Origin: Heterodontus francisci
Lineage: Eukaryota
Assembly (NCBI RefSeq): GCF_036365525.1
Contig: NC_090380.1
Span: 78,741,784-78,805,783, forward strand
DNA length: 64,000 bases
Direction: 5' to 3'
The position numbers and the translations under genes are program-made. Shown here in pieces: positions 49,656 through 63,263 of this stretch (position 1 is the stretch's first letter; each line of letters opens with the position of its first letter). The notes under the pieces are model-generated. The model did not search any database and was not told the DNA's origin. It worked only from the letters and a program-made list of their open reading frames with translations.

Positions 49656-52325
49656 ATTTTTTAAAAATTCATTCAGGGATGTGGGCGTCGCTGGCATAGC
49701 CAGCATTTATTGCCCTTGAGAAGGTGGTGGTGAGCTGCCTTCTTGAACCGCTGCAGACCATTTGGGGTAGGTATACCCACAAGTGCTGTTAGGAGGGAGT
49801 TCCAGGACTTTGACCCAGCGACAGTGAAGGAACGGTGATATAGTTCCAACTCAGGATGGTGTGTGACTTGGAGGGGAACTTGCAGGTGGTGGTGTTCACA
49901 TGTATTTGCTGTCCTTGTCCTTCTAGTTGGTAGAAGTCGCGGGTTTGGAAGGTGCTGTCTAAGCAGCCTTGGTGCATTGCTGCAGTGCATCATGTAGATG
50001 GTACACACTGCTGCCACTGTGCGTCGGTTGTGGAGGGAGTGAATGTGTGTAGATGGGGTGCCAATCAAGTGGGCTGCTTTGTCCTGGATGGTGTCGAGCT
50101 TCTTGAGTGTTGTTGGAGCTGCACCCATCCAGGCAAGTGGACAGTATTCCATCACACTCCTGACTTGTGCCTTGTAGATGGTGGACAGGCTTTGGGGAGT
50201 CAGGAGGTGAGTTATTCGCCTCAGGATTCCTAGCCTCTGACCTGCTCTTGTAGCCACAGTATTTATATGGCTACTCCAGTTCAGTTTCTGGTCAATGGTA
50301 GCCCCTAGGATGTTGATCGTGGGGGATTCAGCGATGGTAATGCCGTTGAATGTCAAGGGGAGATGGTTAGATTCTCTCTTGTTGGAGATGGTCATTGCCT
50401 GGCACTTGTGTGGCGCGAATGTTACTTGCCACTTATCAGCCCAAGTCTGGATATTGTCCAGGTCTTGCTGCATTTCTACACGGACTGCTTCAGTTTCTGA
50501 GGAGTCACGAATGGTGCTGAACATTGTGCAATCATCAGCGAACATCCCCACTTCTGACCTTATGATTTCAGGTAGATCATTGATGAAGCAGCTGAAGATG
50601 GTTGGGCCCAGGACACTACCCTGAGGAACTCCTGCAGTGATGTCCTGGAGCTCAGATGATTGACCTCCAACAATCACAACCATCTTCCTTTGCACTAGGT
50701 ATGACTCCAGCCAGCGGAAGGTTTTCCCACTGATTGCCATTGACCTCAGTTTTGCTAGGGCTCGTTGATGCCATACTCGGTCAAATGCTGCCTTGATGTC
50801 AAGGGCAGTCACTCTCACCTCACCTCTTGAGTTCAGCTCTTTTGTCCATGTTTGAACCAAGGCTGTAATGAGGTCAGGAGCTGAGTGGCCCTGGTGGAAA
50901 CTAAACTGAGCGCGACTGAGCAGGTTATTGCTAAGCAAGTGCTGCTTGATGGCACCGTTGATGACACCTTCCATCACTTTACTGATGATTGAGAGTAGGT
51001 TGATGGGGCGGTAATTGGCCGGGTTGGACTTGTCCTGCTTTTTGTGTACAGACATACCTGGGCAATTTTCCACATTGCAGGGTAGATGCCAGTGTTGTAG
51101 CTGTACTGGAACAGCTTGGCTAGGGGCGCTGCAATTTCTGGAGCACAGGTCTTCAGTACTATTGCCGGAATATTGTCAGGGCCCATAGCGTTTGCAGTAT
51201 CCAGTGCTTTCAGTCGTTTCTTGATATCATGCGGAGTGAGTCGAATTGGCTGAAGTCTGGCATCTGTGATGCTGGGGACTTCAGGAGGAGGCCGAGATGG
51301 ATCATCAACTCGGCACTTCTGGCTGCAGATTGTTGCAAATTCCTCTGCCTTATCTTTCGCACTGATGTGCTGGGCTCCCCCATCATTGAGGATGGGGATA
51401 TTTGTGGGGCCACCTCCTCCAGTTAGTTGTTTAATTGTCCACCACCATTCACGGCTGGATGTGGCAGGACTGCAGAGCTTGGTTATGGGATCGCTTAGCT
51501 CTGTCTATCGCATGCTGCTTATGCAGTTTGGCACGCAGATAGTCCTGTGTTGTAGCTTCACCAGGTTGACACCTCATTTTGATGTATGCCTGGTGCTGCT
51601 CCTGGCATGCCCTCCTGCACTCTTCATTGAACTGGGGTTGATCTCTTGGCTTGATGGTAATGGTAGAGTGGGGGATATGCCGGGCCATGAGGTTACAGAT
51701 TGTGGTTGAGTACAATTCTGCTGCTGCTGATGGCCCACAGTGCCTCATGGGTGCCCAGTTTTGCATTGCTGGATCTGTTCAAAATCTATCTCATTTAGCA
51801 CGGTGATAGTGGACGGTATCCTCAACGTGAAGGCGGGACTTCGTCTGCACAAGGACAGTTCGGTGGTCACTCCTACCAATACTGTCATGGACAGAAGCAT
51901 CTGCGGCAGGCAGATTGGTGAGGATGAGGTCAAGTATGTTTTTCTCTCCTGTTGATTCCCCCACCACCTGCCGCAGACCCAGTCTAGCAGCTGTGTCCTT
52001 TAGGATTCGGCCAACTCGGTCAGTAGTGGTGCTACCGAGCCACTCTTGGTGATGTACATTGAAGTCCCCCACCCAGAGTACATTTTGTGCCCTTGCCACC
52101 CTCAGTGCTTCCTCCAAGTGGTGTTCAACATGGTGGAGGACTGAGTCATCAGCTGAGGGAGGGTGGTAGGTGGTAATCAATAGGAGGTTACCTTTCCCAT
52201 GTTTGATCTGATGCTATTAGACTTCATGGGGTCCGGAGTCGATGTTGAGGACTCCCAGGGCAACTCCCTCCCTACTGTATACCACTGTGCCACCACCTCT
52301 GCTGGTTCTGTCCTGCCAGTGGGAC
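49656..52325 (-). mobile_element. Family-B CR1-group LINE: endonuclease plus RT, with internal deletions
   Basis: ORF 51791..52180 (VGDFNVHHQEWLGS, ILDLILTN, GRSDH) and ORF 49673..51073 (RT). Confidence 0.93.
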
Positions 52326-52669
52326 ATATATAAGGTTTAACTGATAAATCGTCTATTATCAGCAGTTGCTAACTTACATTTGGTGTAAATATAAAGTGAG
52401 AATGTGAAACTAATTCTCTGCTATTAACAGATGTGTTCATTAATGCTTAATCATTAAATCAAGGAGCCCACTTTGATTTGCATGTTTGTTTTACATCGTT
52501 GATGAGGTATGGGAAAGTTGTGGATAACTTTCATCATATCATTAAAATAGTTTTGGCCATGGCATAGTTCAGAGAGCTGTCATTACAACGATATTCTACA
52601 ATTATCATGGCAGTGAATTTATTGTTAAGCATAGTGACTCAGTAAATAGAAGTGAAGGGCGCACACTTA

Positions 52670-53494
52670 GGGTTGGATTTTGTTGAGCTCCCGACATCAT
52701 GCTCAGTGGCTGGGCGGTGGGGGGGCCGGAAGATCGCAGCAGCAGTAACCCACCACGGAACCTGATGCCTGGAATGCCGGGCCCGATCTTCCCGGTGGCG
52801 GGGAAGCTCCGTGGCAGCACATGCACAGCTCTGTGGTGGGACCCGTATTTCAATATTCAAATCAGTTATTTAACTACATTTAAATGGAAGCCAGAACAAT
52901 CTCACCAGCTGTTCCAGATCATCCGAGTGAAGTGTAGCACTCCCACGCCTTCACTTTCCCATCCAGGGAAAGCTGGTGCCACTGACGTGGGGAAAGGAGG
53001 GAACTCACAATTTGCAGTGAAGTGCGGGGAAGGGGTAACTCAGCATTGTCAGTGTAGTGCGGGGGCGGAAGGAAGGGTTGAACTCTGCACTTAGGTCAGT
53101 TGGGCGGGGTGTGAAAAGGGTCAACTCTGCACTTAGTGCAGTTGGGATGGAAAAGGGGTAATCTGGGCTTTTCTTGTGTAGTGGGCAGTGGGGGGGGGGG
53201 GGGGGTGTGGTGTGGTGGGCCAAACTTTATTTTTTGTTGCAGTTGTTGGGGGGCGTGGTAGGTGGGGAGACTGGATCAACTTTGATCTGTCAATGCAGGC
53301 CTAGCAGCCCTTTAAAAATGGCGCCACTGCCTGCACAGAAACGGGCGACACCGTTTACGATGCTATTGAAGCCACCCTGCATCTTTATAATGAGCAGCCA
53401 GGCTGAAGATCGTGGTGGTGCGCAGCCTGTGCGTGTAGGCCACCATTTTTTCACCTGCCACCGTTCCCGTCAGCGCGAAAACAAAATTCAGCCC
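52670..53494. mobile_element. Non-autonomous PIF/Harbinger element
   Basis: 15-bp TIRs GGGTTGGATTTTGTT / AACAAAATTCAGCCC (2 mismatches), TTA TSD on both sides. Confidence 0.88.
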
Positions 53495-55244
53495 TTAATA
53501 TCTTATTAGGTGGGTGAAGTTTTAACTGCATTAAACAGGAAGTCACCTTCCACTCGCTGCTAAAATTTGATTTAAAAGTTTTTTTCAGTCAATAAATGTA
53601 TTCTAAGGCACTAATTTAACAATATTATCCTTAAATGTGAGCTAGTGCCTCATGGATAGACCGGACTATCTGACAACCTTTTCATGTTGCCAGCGAGATC
53701 ACTGGTTAATTACAATGGTTAAAGATACTTAACATATCCTACCATGATCCCAACCAACAGAATTTCTCCACTTTCCCAATCTCCATTTACATTAAAACAA
53801 GTGATGGAAAATAATGTTTGTATTATTGTATCAAGGGAAATTTGGGGTCTAGATATTTGTTGTCTGTAAGAAAGCGTATTGAAATTTTGAGATAGCTTGA
53901 TGCAGATGAGAGTTTGCTTCTCTCCAGCTATTCCTATATGATTCCTCACTGAAGGAGTTTGTAGCTGCATACTGTCATGCTTTTTATTATTAAATGATTT
54001 CATACTGAGCTGCAACACCTCAGCTACTTTCCAATGGTCAATTGCAATGAGGAATAGAAATCTGGTAAACAATACTGCCATAACTTTCAACTTCAACGTG
54101 GGGACAAAACGGGTGGCAGTAGATCGGCTGTCCATGATATACCCCAACTGTCTTCCCTTTCTATTAAGCTCAAAGAAAAGAAAAATCGGGCCGTGCAATG
54201 TGCAATGGGTGGCCAATCCACCTCTGCCAGTTTTACACCCCCTGCCAAAGTTGAAACCTCGGCCCCTACATTTGTAAATATCACAAAACCTTTCAAGTTA
54301 TTTAAATTAAAATTATATTGAATTATTATAGTACAAAACACAATAGGGATATTTATATTAAGACTGGTTTTTAAGACTGCCGTAGCTTGATATAGAATCT
54401 TAGCAACAGCTCAATACAGACTAACTCACAAAACTGTTTGGGTACTCTGTGGATTACTGTATTCATTTTTTTTCATGAAACTTTGTTTTTCAGCATTTTG
54501 ATAGAAGAATACAATACACAATATATAATCATGGTTTCACAAAACTATGATCTAACTGTTAGAACACACTTGATTTTATCATTTGTACATTACATTGATC
54601 ACGCTCATTAAGACAAGGCAAGATGCTAGTTTTTACTGTCCACTGTTTGTGATACAAAAAGAAAACTACTAAAAAAATTAAGTTAATTTTTACTGTATGT
54701 TCATGAAAATGGCCCAAGAAATATTTTTACTTTACTGCTGAAACAAAGCACAAGAGAAACAGCTGAAGTGACATTTCTAGACTTTTGTTTTTTGATACGG
54801 TGGGCTCTTTGTTGTGGTGTACTCCAATGATCTGTACTGGGACCTCTTTGGTTTTCCATTTATGAAAATGATTTGTACATAGACAAGGAGAGTTACATCA
54901 AAATTTTCTGATTAGGGACAAGCCAAGTTACGAAGAAGAATTTAGAAAGTCGTATGCAGGTTAGCAGAGTGGACGGATAGATGACTGATGAAATTCAATG
55001 CAGAAAAATTTGAAGTAGCACTTCATGGAAAAGAAATAGTGAAAGTATATGCTAGATGGTAAGAGTCTTAAGAATAGAGGAGAGAGATCTAGGAGTAATG
55101 TAGAAAGAGAGCGATATCTAGGAGTGATGTGTCTTTAAAGATTGCATTTAAAAATGCTGTAAATAAGCAAATTATATTGTTGGTTTAATAAGATGAGGGA
55201 TTGGAAGTGAAATAGGGAGTAAAATGGATGGGAGCAGATTAGCT

Positions 55245-56985
55245 GTCCATTATAAGGCACCAGGAGTGGATGATATCCATCCAAGGATACTGAGGGAAGT
55301 AAGAGTGGAAATTGCAGAGGCACTGGCCATAATTGTTCTGTACAAGTTTAACATAACTTCCTTGCTTTTGTACTCTATTCCCCTATTAATAAAGCCCAGG
55401 ATACTATATGCTTTATTACCACTTTATTAACTGCTCTCTCAACCTGTCCTGCCACTTTTCAATGATTTATGCACAAAGCCAGGAGCCTTTAGAATTGCAC
55501 CCTTTATTTTATATTATCTCTCTGCATTCTTCCTACAAAAATGAATCACTTCACACTTCTCTGCATTAAATTACATCTGTCATTTGTCCACCCATTCCAC
55601 CAACTTGTCTTTATCCCGTTGAAATTCTATGCTATCCTCCTCCTCCAGAGGACTGGAGAATTGCAAATGTTACAGCCTTGTTCAAAAAAGGATGTAATGA
55701 TAAGCCCAGCAAATACAGGCCAGTCAGTTTAACCTCAGTGTGGGGAAGCTTCTAGAAACAATAATTCGGGGCAGAATTAATAGTCACTTGGGCAAATTCA
55801 GGTTAATTAGGGAAAGCCAGCACCGATTTATGAAGGGCAAATTGCATTTAACTTGCTGGGGTTTTTTGATGAGGTAACAGAGAAGGTTGACCAGAGCAAT
55901 GCTGTTGACTTCCAAAAAGCATTTGATAAAGTACTGCACAACGGACTTGTGAGCAAAATTATAGCCCATGGAATAAAAGGGACAGTAGCAACATGAATAC
56001 GGTATTGGCTGAGTGACAGGAAATAGAGAATCGTGGTTAATGGATGTTTGTCGGAATGAAGGAAGGTTTGGAGTGGAGTTCCCCAAGGGTCGGCATTAGG
56101 ACGCTTCTTTTCCTGATATATATTAATGAACTAGACCTTGGTGTACAGGGGACAATTTAAAAATTTGCAAATATGAAACTGGAAACATTGTAAACTGTGA
56201 GGAGGACATAGACAGGTTGGTGGAATGAGCGGACAAGCGCAGATGAAATTTAATGCAGTGAAGTGTGAAGTGATTCATTTTGGTAGGAAGAAAGCAGAGA
56301 GACAATATAAAATAGAGGGTGCATCTGTCATTGAAGGTGACAGGACAGATTGAGAGCACGGTTAACAGATCATACAGCATCCTAGGCGTCATTAATAGGG
56401 GAATAGAGTACAAAACGAAGTTATGTTGAACTTGAATAGAACACTGGTTCGACCTCAACTGGAGTATTGTGTTCAGTTCTGGGCACCACACTTCAGGAAA
56501 GATGTGAAGGCATCGGAGAGAGTGCAGAAAAGATTCACGAGAATGGTTCCAGGGATGAGCAACTTCAGTTATGTGGATAGATTGGAAAAGTTGAGACTGT
56601 TTTTTTTTGGAGAAGAGAAGGTTGAGGTGTGATTTAATAGAGGTATTCAAATGAGGGCTCTGGACAAGGTAGATAGGGAAAAACTGTTCCCATTGGTGGA
56701 AGGATCGAGAATAAGAGGGCACAGGTAATTGGCAAAGGAAGGCAATAGCGACACAAGGAAAAACTTTCACGCAGAGTGTGGTTTGGATCTGGAATGCACT
56801 GCCTGAGTGTGTGGTGGTGGCAGGTTCAATCGAGGCATTCAAGAGGGAATTGGATTGTTATCTAAAATGGAAAAATATGCAGGGCCACAGGGAGAAGGTC
56901 AGGAGTGGCACTAGGTAAATTGCTCTTTTGAAGAGCCAGTGCAGACACAATGGGCCAAATGGCCACCTTCTGTGCTGTAACTCTG
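55245..56985 (+). mobile_element. CR1 LINE, degenerate, with an inverted CR1 block at about 55334-55642
   Basis: KAPGVDDIHPRILREV, then antisense CR1 sequence, then sense resumes at ccagaggactggagaattgc. Confidence 0.85.
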
Positions 56986-57094
56986 ATTTTTACATGCCCT
57001 GCCCAATTTTCCTTTTCATTATTTCAGTCTGTTACTGCCCATTTCACCTCTATTGATTGTAAAAGCAAGAAAGTCATGTTGAATTTGTACAAGG

Positions 57095-57945
57095 ACATAG
57101 GCAGATTGGTGGAATGAGCAGACTAGTGGCAAATGAAATTTAATGCAGAGAAGTGTGAAGTGATTCATTTGGTAGGAAGAACACAGCGAGACCATATAAA
57201 ATAAAGGGTGCAATTCTAAAGGGGGTGCAGGAGCAGAGGGACCTGGGTGTATCTGTGCATAAGTCAATGAAGGTGACAGGACAGGTTGCGAGCATGGTTA
57301 ATAAAGCATACAGTGTCCTAGGCTTTATTAATAGGGGCATAGAATACAAGAGCAAGGAAGTTATGTTGAACTTGTATAAGACACTAGTTCGGCCTCAGCT
57401 GGAGTATTACGTCCAGTTCTGGGCACCGCACTGTAGGAAAGATGTGAGGGCATTGGAGACAGTACAGAAAAGATTCACGAGAATCGTTCCAGGGATGAGG
57501 AACTTTAGTTATGAAGACAGATTGGAGAAGTTAGGACTGTTTTCCTTGAAGAGAAGGCTGAAAGATGATTTGATAGAGGTATTCAAAATCATGAGGGGTC
57601 TGGACAGAGTAGATAGAGAGAAACTGTTCCCACTCACAAAAAGATCGATAACAAGAGGGCACAGCTTTAAAATATTTGGTAAGAGAAGCAAAAGCGACAT
57701 GAGGAAAAACTTTTTCACGCAGCGAGTGGTTAAGGTCTGGAATGCGCTGCCTGAGAACGTGGTGGAGGCAGGTTCAATTGAAGAATTCAAAAAGGAATTA
57801 GCCTGCTTTATGAAAAGGAAGAATGTGCAGGGTTACGGGGAGAAGGCAGGGGAATGGAACTGAGTGAATTGCTCTTTTGGAGAGCCAGTAAGGACATGAT
57901 GGACCAAATGGCCTCCTACTGCACTGTAACAATTCTGTGATTCTG
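57095..57945 (+). mobile_element. CR1 LINE 3' fragment
   Basis: ORF 57225..57863 and tail 'ttctgtgattctg'. Confidence 0.9.
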
Positions 57946-59463
57946 ACGATATCATTTAGGCTACAGTGTGCGCAATTCTGGGCGTCATATTATAAAAAGG
58001 AATGTGTTCAGCAAAGCTTCAGTAGAATTATTCCAGGAATGAATGATTATGGTTATGAAGAAAGCCATGAATAGTTGGGGCTATATCCTTAGCCTTATCA
58101 AGGTTTTTATTTTAAAGAGGTAAATAGTGAAAACTTGTTTACACTACTTGGCAAATCAGCATCAAGGGACTGAGACTTGGGATTATCACTAGAAGAACAA
58201 AGGATGACGTTGGAAGAATTTTTTGCTTTACCATATTTAAAAATAAATTACATAGATGTTTGAAATGGAACAATATCAAAGAGAAGATCGGGAAAGGGCA
58301 AAGAAATGGGATTCGAATAGGTAACTCCAGGCGAGCACCTAGTACCAGCACAGTGGAATTTCTAGATTTACGATCAATAACTCAAAAACAACCCCATCTG
58401 TATGAAACCTACAGAATTTGATAGCTATTCTATGAGACAACAGCTGGTTCTTATTTCCATCTGTTGCTTCCATTAATTAGAAAATAACTTATTTTTAAAT
58501 AAGTTTTACAAGAAGATATCACAGAACAGGAGAAAAATACATGCTTATATTACTAAGTCAATCAGTCGTAGCTTTATGAAGCTCTATGGAACAATTCAGA
58601 GGCTCAAATCCTTCTGGGTTCCTGTTGATCACAGGCATAGGTTAACAATATTTCTACTCGGACATAGGTAGAGCCTGCCATGGTCTTATTCTTATGGAAG
58701 AGAACATTCCAATATATTATAATGGAACATGTTTTAGTCTTGTATAAATCATAGATGAAATTACATTAAATCAGCACTTTATACTTCAAAAGAATCACTT
58801 GTAATGCATAAAGTATCATGATATTGTGCTTTCAGTATATTATGGCTTTTGTGGAGGTTTACGTCACTCTATAGCTATAAACGGGAAACTTTCATGTTCC
58901 AGTTTCCCTACATTCAACAGATAAGTGACTTCAGAGAAAAATCATATATATCTGTATATGTAAAGAAGGGACATTGTGATCACCCGTCTTAAAACCTCGG
59001 TTTGATATAATTTAGTATCTATGTTCCAGTCCTGGTTTGATTTGGCAATAACTGTATTAATGTTGCCTAAATTTCTCAGCAGATGTCTGACAACTGATAA
59101 CGGACGGTGGTTCCCGATCAAATTAAATAAGATTTCCTTTTCAGATGTAAAACAATTACATTACCAGGTACATGGGTGTAGAATTGCAGGTGGCAAGTGA
59201 CTTTTCACTGTGGGATAAATTCATACTTGCTGTATCATGGGATCCTACAATTTAGGATTACATTCAAATATTATTTTTGAGGAACGTTATCAAAAAGGAG
59301 CCATGCACATAGAAAAGGACTCTCCAGTAATGGAAGTATTCACTCTCTCTCATTACATAAAGGACAGAGTGTGCTACAAGTAGAAAAGGCTGCCCTACTG
59401 AAAGACAGATGACAAAGGAGAATTTGTAGTGCATTTGAATATGTTCCTAATTCTTTGAATTGA

Positions 59464-60882
59464 TCATACAAAAGTGGGTTTTAAATCCTCTTTAAAATTA
59501 ACAATTGGGTGGTCACGAAAATGTTTTTGTGACCAATTGAATGATGGATTACATTGCTCACTATCTGAAGTTTCTGAAGTACTTGAATAATATGAGCCAC
59601 GACAGCACGCTTCACAACATGACCTGTGGTAACAGCAAAACGTTTCATCTGAGCTACTCGATTCAGAGTCTGAACAATCATACTGGTATGTTTGAGAAGA
59701 TCCCTCTTTACCATCTACTTCAGTTTCTTTGGAGGATAAGTGTGCTTTCTTAGAGTACAGGCCTGAATAGGGCTTCATAATATATTTTCCTTCTAAAGCA
59801 GGACAGCAGACATAGCCATTTCTTTGGTCTGTTTTGCCAGATGGTTGATAGTGGTCAGATTGTACATCCATTTTCTTCACTGAGCTTAAAGTTGCTGAGA
59901 GACTGGTAGATCCATTTTGATCTGTTAATCTTTTGTGGTGAATGCTTTCAAGTTGACTAGTGTCAGTAGTTATTGTGTTCCTGCTTAAATCTTCATTAAC
60001 CATATGCTTGGCATGTTGAGCTGTTGAGTGTAGAAAATAATAGGGAGGAGGTGTACCCCTTATTGAATAAAAAGGTGGTCTCCTTCGCCTCATCATATAT
60101 GGAGAAATCCTATGATAGTAACGTTTCAATTGCTCTGCTGTCCTAGTAGATTGTTCAAGCTGAAGATTCTGTAGGATTCGTCTTTGTCTGTCTGGTGAAC
60201 AGATTGAGCTGACAGCGTTAACATTTAGCTCTTGTATAATCTCTTGCAGTTTCTCACTGCTCACATAACTGTTTTTGATCACTTTTGTTGGATCCTTGAC
60301 AGAAGGACATTCAACTGACCTGGATCTAATTGATGGATGGACTGCAGAAGAGACCAGAATTTCATCTGTGGGTTGCTGGATGATTTTCACACAGTCGTCA
60401 GTGTTGGTCTGAATTTCTGAGGTTATTTCCAGGGTATCACATGACTTTGGAAAAAAATCTGTAACAGTCTCAGTATTTTCTGGTTGTCCTAGATGGTTCC
60501 AAGTGCCTCTATGAAAACTCTGATAATCTCTGAAGAGTTCTGACCCCTTCTGAGAATGCAAAGCTGTGTCTGAGACATTAACATCCCCTACGATTTGTTG
60601 TAAATTACTCTGTAGTGACTGATGTTTAAGATCTTGCTGTGAACCAAGGGTCTGATCTAGTTTCTTCTGTGCGTCAGACAAAGTTTTCTCACTCGGTGGA
60701 TCTTCTGTGGCTGTGTTGTGACATTTGACCTCAGAATTAATCAAAAGGTGCTGTGCTGTGCTGGATCCTGAAGTGGAAATGTGACCCACAAGCTCTTCAG
60801 TGCAATCTGGTGTCATTAAATGTATCAACTTATCCTTCACATTATTAACCTGTTCCTGCAGACTTTCAATTACTGCATTTTT
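59464..60882 (-). CDS. Large terminal coding exon (472 aa plus stop) of an unidentified host gene; Ser/Thr/Gln-rich with a Cys cluster and C-terminal -PTFV
   Basis: Long non-repeat open frame. Acceptor ttttttttcccctatAG immediately before 60882, phase 0 (1419 bp, KNAVIESLQEQVNNVKDKL...). TGA at 59466-59464, followed by about 1.1 kb of AT-rich sequence without recognisable repeats, consistent with a 3' UTR. Confidence 0.85.
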   Translation of the reverse strand, partial: KNAVIESLQEQVNNVKDKLIHLMTPDCTEELVGHISTSGSSTAQHLLINSEVKCHNTATEDPPSEKTLSDAQKKLDQTLGSQQDLKHQSLQSNLQQIVGDVNVSDTALHSQKGSELFRDYQSFHRGTWNHLGQPENTETVTDFFPKSCDTLEITSEIQTNTDDCVKIIQQPTDEILVSSAVHPSIRSRSVECPSVKDPTKVIKNSYVSSEKLQEIIQELNVNAVSSICSPDRQRRILQNLQLEQSTRTAEQLKRYYHRISPYMMRRRRPPFYSIRGTPPPYYFLHSTAQHAKHMVNEDLSRNTITTDTSQLESIHHKRLTDQNGSTSLSATLSSVKKMDVQSDHYQPSGKTDQRNGYVCCPALEGKYIMKPYSGLYSKKAHLSSKETEVDGKEGSSQTYQYDCSDSESSSSDETFCCYHRSCCEACCRGSYYSSTSETSDSEQCNPSFNWSQKHFRDHPIVNFKEDLKPTFV

Positions 60883-62264
60883 CTATAGGGGAAAAAAAAT
60901 CAATCCACATTATAGTTTGAGACATACTTTTTAAAAAATCATTGGTCTCCCTTTTTCTTCCCATAGGAGTTGTTCATCAACATGCTTCAACAATTAAAGT
61001 GAGGCAATCTAGCCAACAGATGTATCCATTTTAACAACAGCTGAACTGGGCAACAATGAGACATAGGCATGCCAGATTTTCCTTTTTTCACATTGGACAA
61101 AAAGCATTCTATGTATAGAAATGGCACAGTCTCTATTTTCAGAGAATAACTCTGAGTTAACCAGTACTGTGTTTCTTAGCAGAAAGTTAAAATATATGGA
61201 GCTGACACATATCACAGATACCTTCACGCAGATGCAACATGAAGCCCATGGGAAGGCGTATGTTGAGGAGAAGTAGATTTCATTATCGGTGTTCTCCATT
61301 TCAAATTTATTTTCTGTCTGGGCATCCCGTGTCATCCACAATTCCCTGTCCATCTTGCACAACCTGCTTCATTCGGGTGTTCAGCCTAGCCAGGACTGCT
61401 CGGACCTTGGGATCAAATTTAGCCCTTTAAATGAGTCTTTGACACAATAAGTGCTCAAGTTCAAGCACTCGATATCACATTGCTGTGTGCAGTGTGTATC
61501 AAGCAGAGCAGGCTTCATCACTGGATAGTACACCAAAGTGCTGTTGCTTGGATGCATCTGATTGCATTATTAGCCTCACTGTATAAGGACAACTCGTACC
61601 ATAGCTTACTAAGCCTTAGCAACTGTTTTAATATATTTGCAAGTGGCAATGTTTGCATTATACATTACTACCTCAGTGAGGAGACGCTTCATCGAGTTAT
61701 TTTCTCCAAGCAGGTAATAGATCTGCTCATCACTGTACATGGAACGAAAGCTCTTGCTTGGACTGTTGAAATATTTGGCCATCTGATTTGGAGTATGGCT
61801 TGGTTCTTCCTCAAATTGCTTCCACTGTCTGACCTGTTAACAGAACTCACAATAATTAATTTGAATTTTTTGTGATTTATTGAAAGTTACTTATGAAGCA
61901 AAAATGGTCTATGTTCTGCGTTAAACTGCGCATATAAGACTCCAGAAGATGCTGTTAGTCTCAGAGGAGTAATGATGGTGAACGTTCATCATTTCGCTGT
62001 CATTGATACTGCAAAATCCAGGCCATACTGTTCTCTGTTCCTTCAGTCTTTAAATGTGATGCTATTTCTACTAACACAATAGCACTCAGTCAGGGATCAT
62101 GAATATTGAATGCTACCTTCAATGATTAATAAATTGGAAGTGAGATTCGTATACGCAAGGGGAAGAAATGGAAGATGTGCAATTCTCCATTATATGTAGT
62201 TTGAAGAGGGAGGTTGTCTTATGGCTTCTAATTTAAAATACAATAAATATTTGCATAACTTAAT

Positions 62265-63263
62265 TGGCTGAATTTTACCAGCCCCCCACAAACCCCACCT
62301 ACAGCAGGGGTTGTGGCTCGGCGGTGGAGCCTTAATTTAAATATTTAAATAAATTATAATGAATGCATAAACACTTACCTTGTCCCGACAGCCGTCCCAT
62401 GCCGATATTCCAGCCGGTGGCCGGAACTCCCGCGCCTTAGGATCTCCATTTGGAGATCGGAGACATAACACTGGTCGGCGTGGGGGGTGGAGGGAGGAGT
62501 GAATTTTTCAGGTCAGAGATGGGTGAGTGGCAAAAATGAATCTGATTGATTGAAGGGATGGTGGGAAGGGGTTGAAGTTAAAGGAAAGAAAGTTTGGGGG
62601 GAAAGGTCGTGATGGAAAATTTACTTTTTTGGGGTGAGGGAAGAAGACAAATAATAAATGGGCGGCACAGTGGTTAGCACCGCAGCCTCACAGCTCCAGG
62701 GACCCTGGTTCAATTCTGGGTACTGCCTGTGCGGAGTTTGCAAGTTCTCCCTGTGACCACGTGGGTTTTTGCCGGGTGCTCCGGTTTCCTCCCACCGCCA
62801 AAGACTTGCAGGTGATAGGCAAATTGGCCATTGTAAATTGCCCCTAGTGTAGGTAGGTGGTAGGGAATATGGGATTACTGTATGGTTAGTATAAATGGGT
62901 AGTTGTTGGTCGGCACAGACTCGGTGGGCCAAAGGGCCTGTTTCAGTGCTGTATCTCTAAATAAAATGGATTATTCATTGGGGGGGTGGGAGAGGGGATT
63001 GGAAGTGTGAATAAAATTTTATTTTAATTTATTGGAAAACCTGTCACTTTAAATGTAGCTGAAGGGCTTGAAGCCCTTAAAAAGTGGCGCTGGACGCCAT
63101 TGTCGGGGATGGAGCAGCGGCCCCATCTATGTCACCAGGGGCAGGCGTTCCGCCCCCTCCATGGAAATGAAGCACCACATGAAATATCGCAGCGGCTCCG
63201 CGGCGCACATCTCGCACATGCACCATGACTCTTTTGAAGCTCGCCGCCTAAAGATTTCAGCCC
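62265..63263. mobile_element. Non-autonomous Harbinger element in an intron, with a nested SINE
   Basis: TIR-like (t)ggctgaatttta / aagatttcagccc, 3-bp AAT on both flanks. Internal similarity to 18700-20609 and 52670-53494. Confidence 0.75.
62660..62965 (+). mobile_element. HE1-like SINE
   Basis: Same family as 44665-45013, with small deletions. Confidence 0.9.

Noticed and set aside
53073-53147. Two direct repeats (aactctgcacttag...cagttggg) as a CRISPR-like array
   Set aside because: Only two units, inside a MITE, with no spacer series or cas genes. This is a simple tandem duplication, as are those near 2030-2075 and 55078-55130.
61009-61875. ORFs upstream of the terminal exon as additional exons
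   Set aside because: No convincing splice-site pair in the right phase, and no recognisable protein features.
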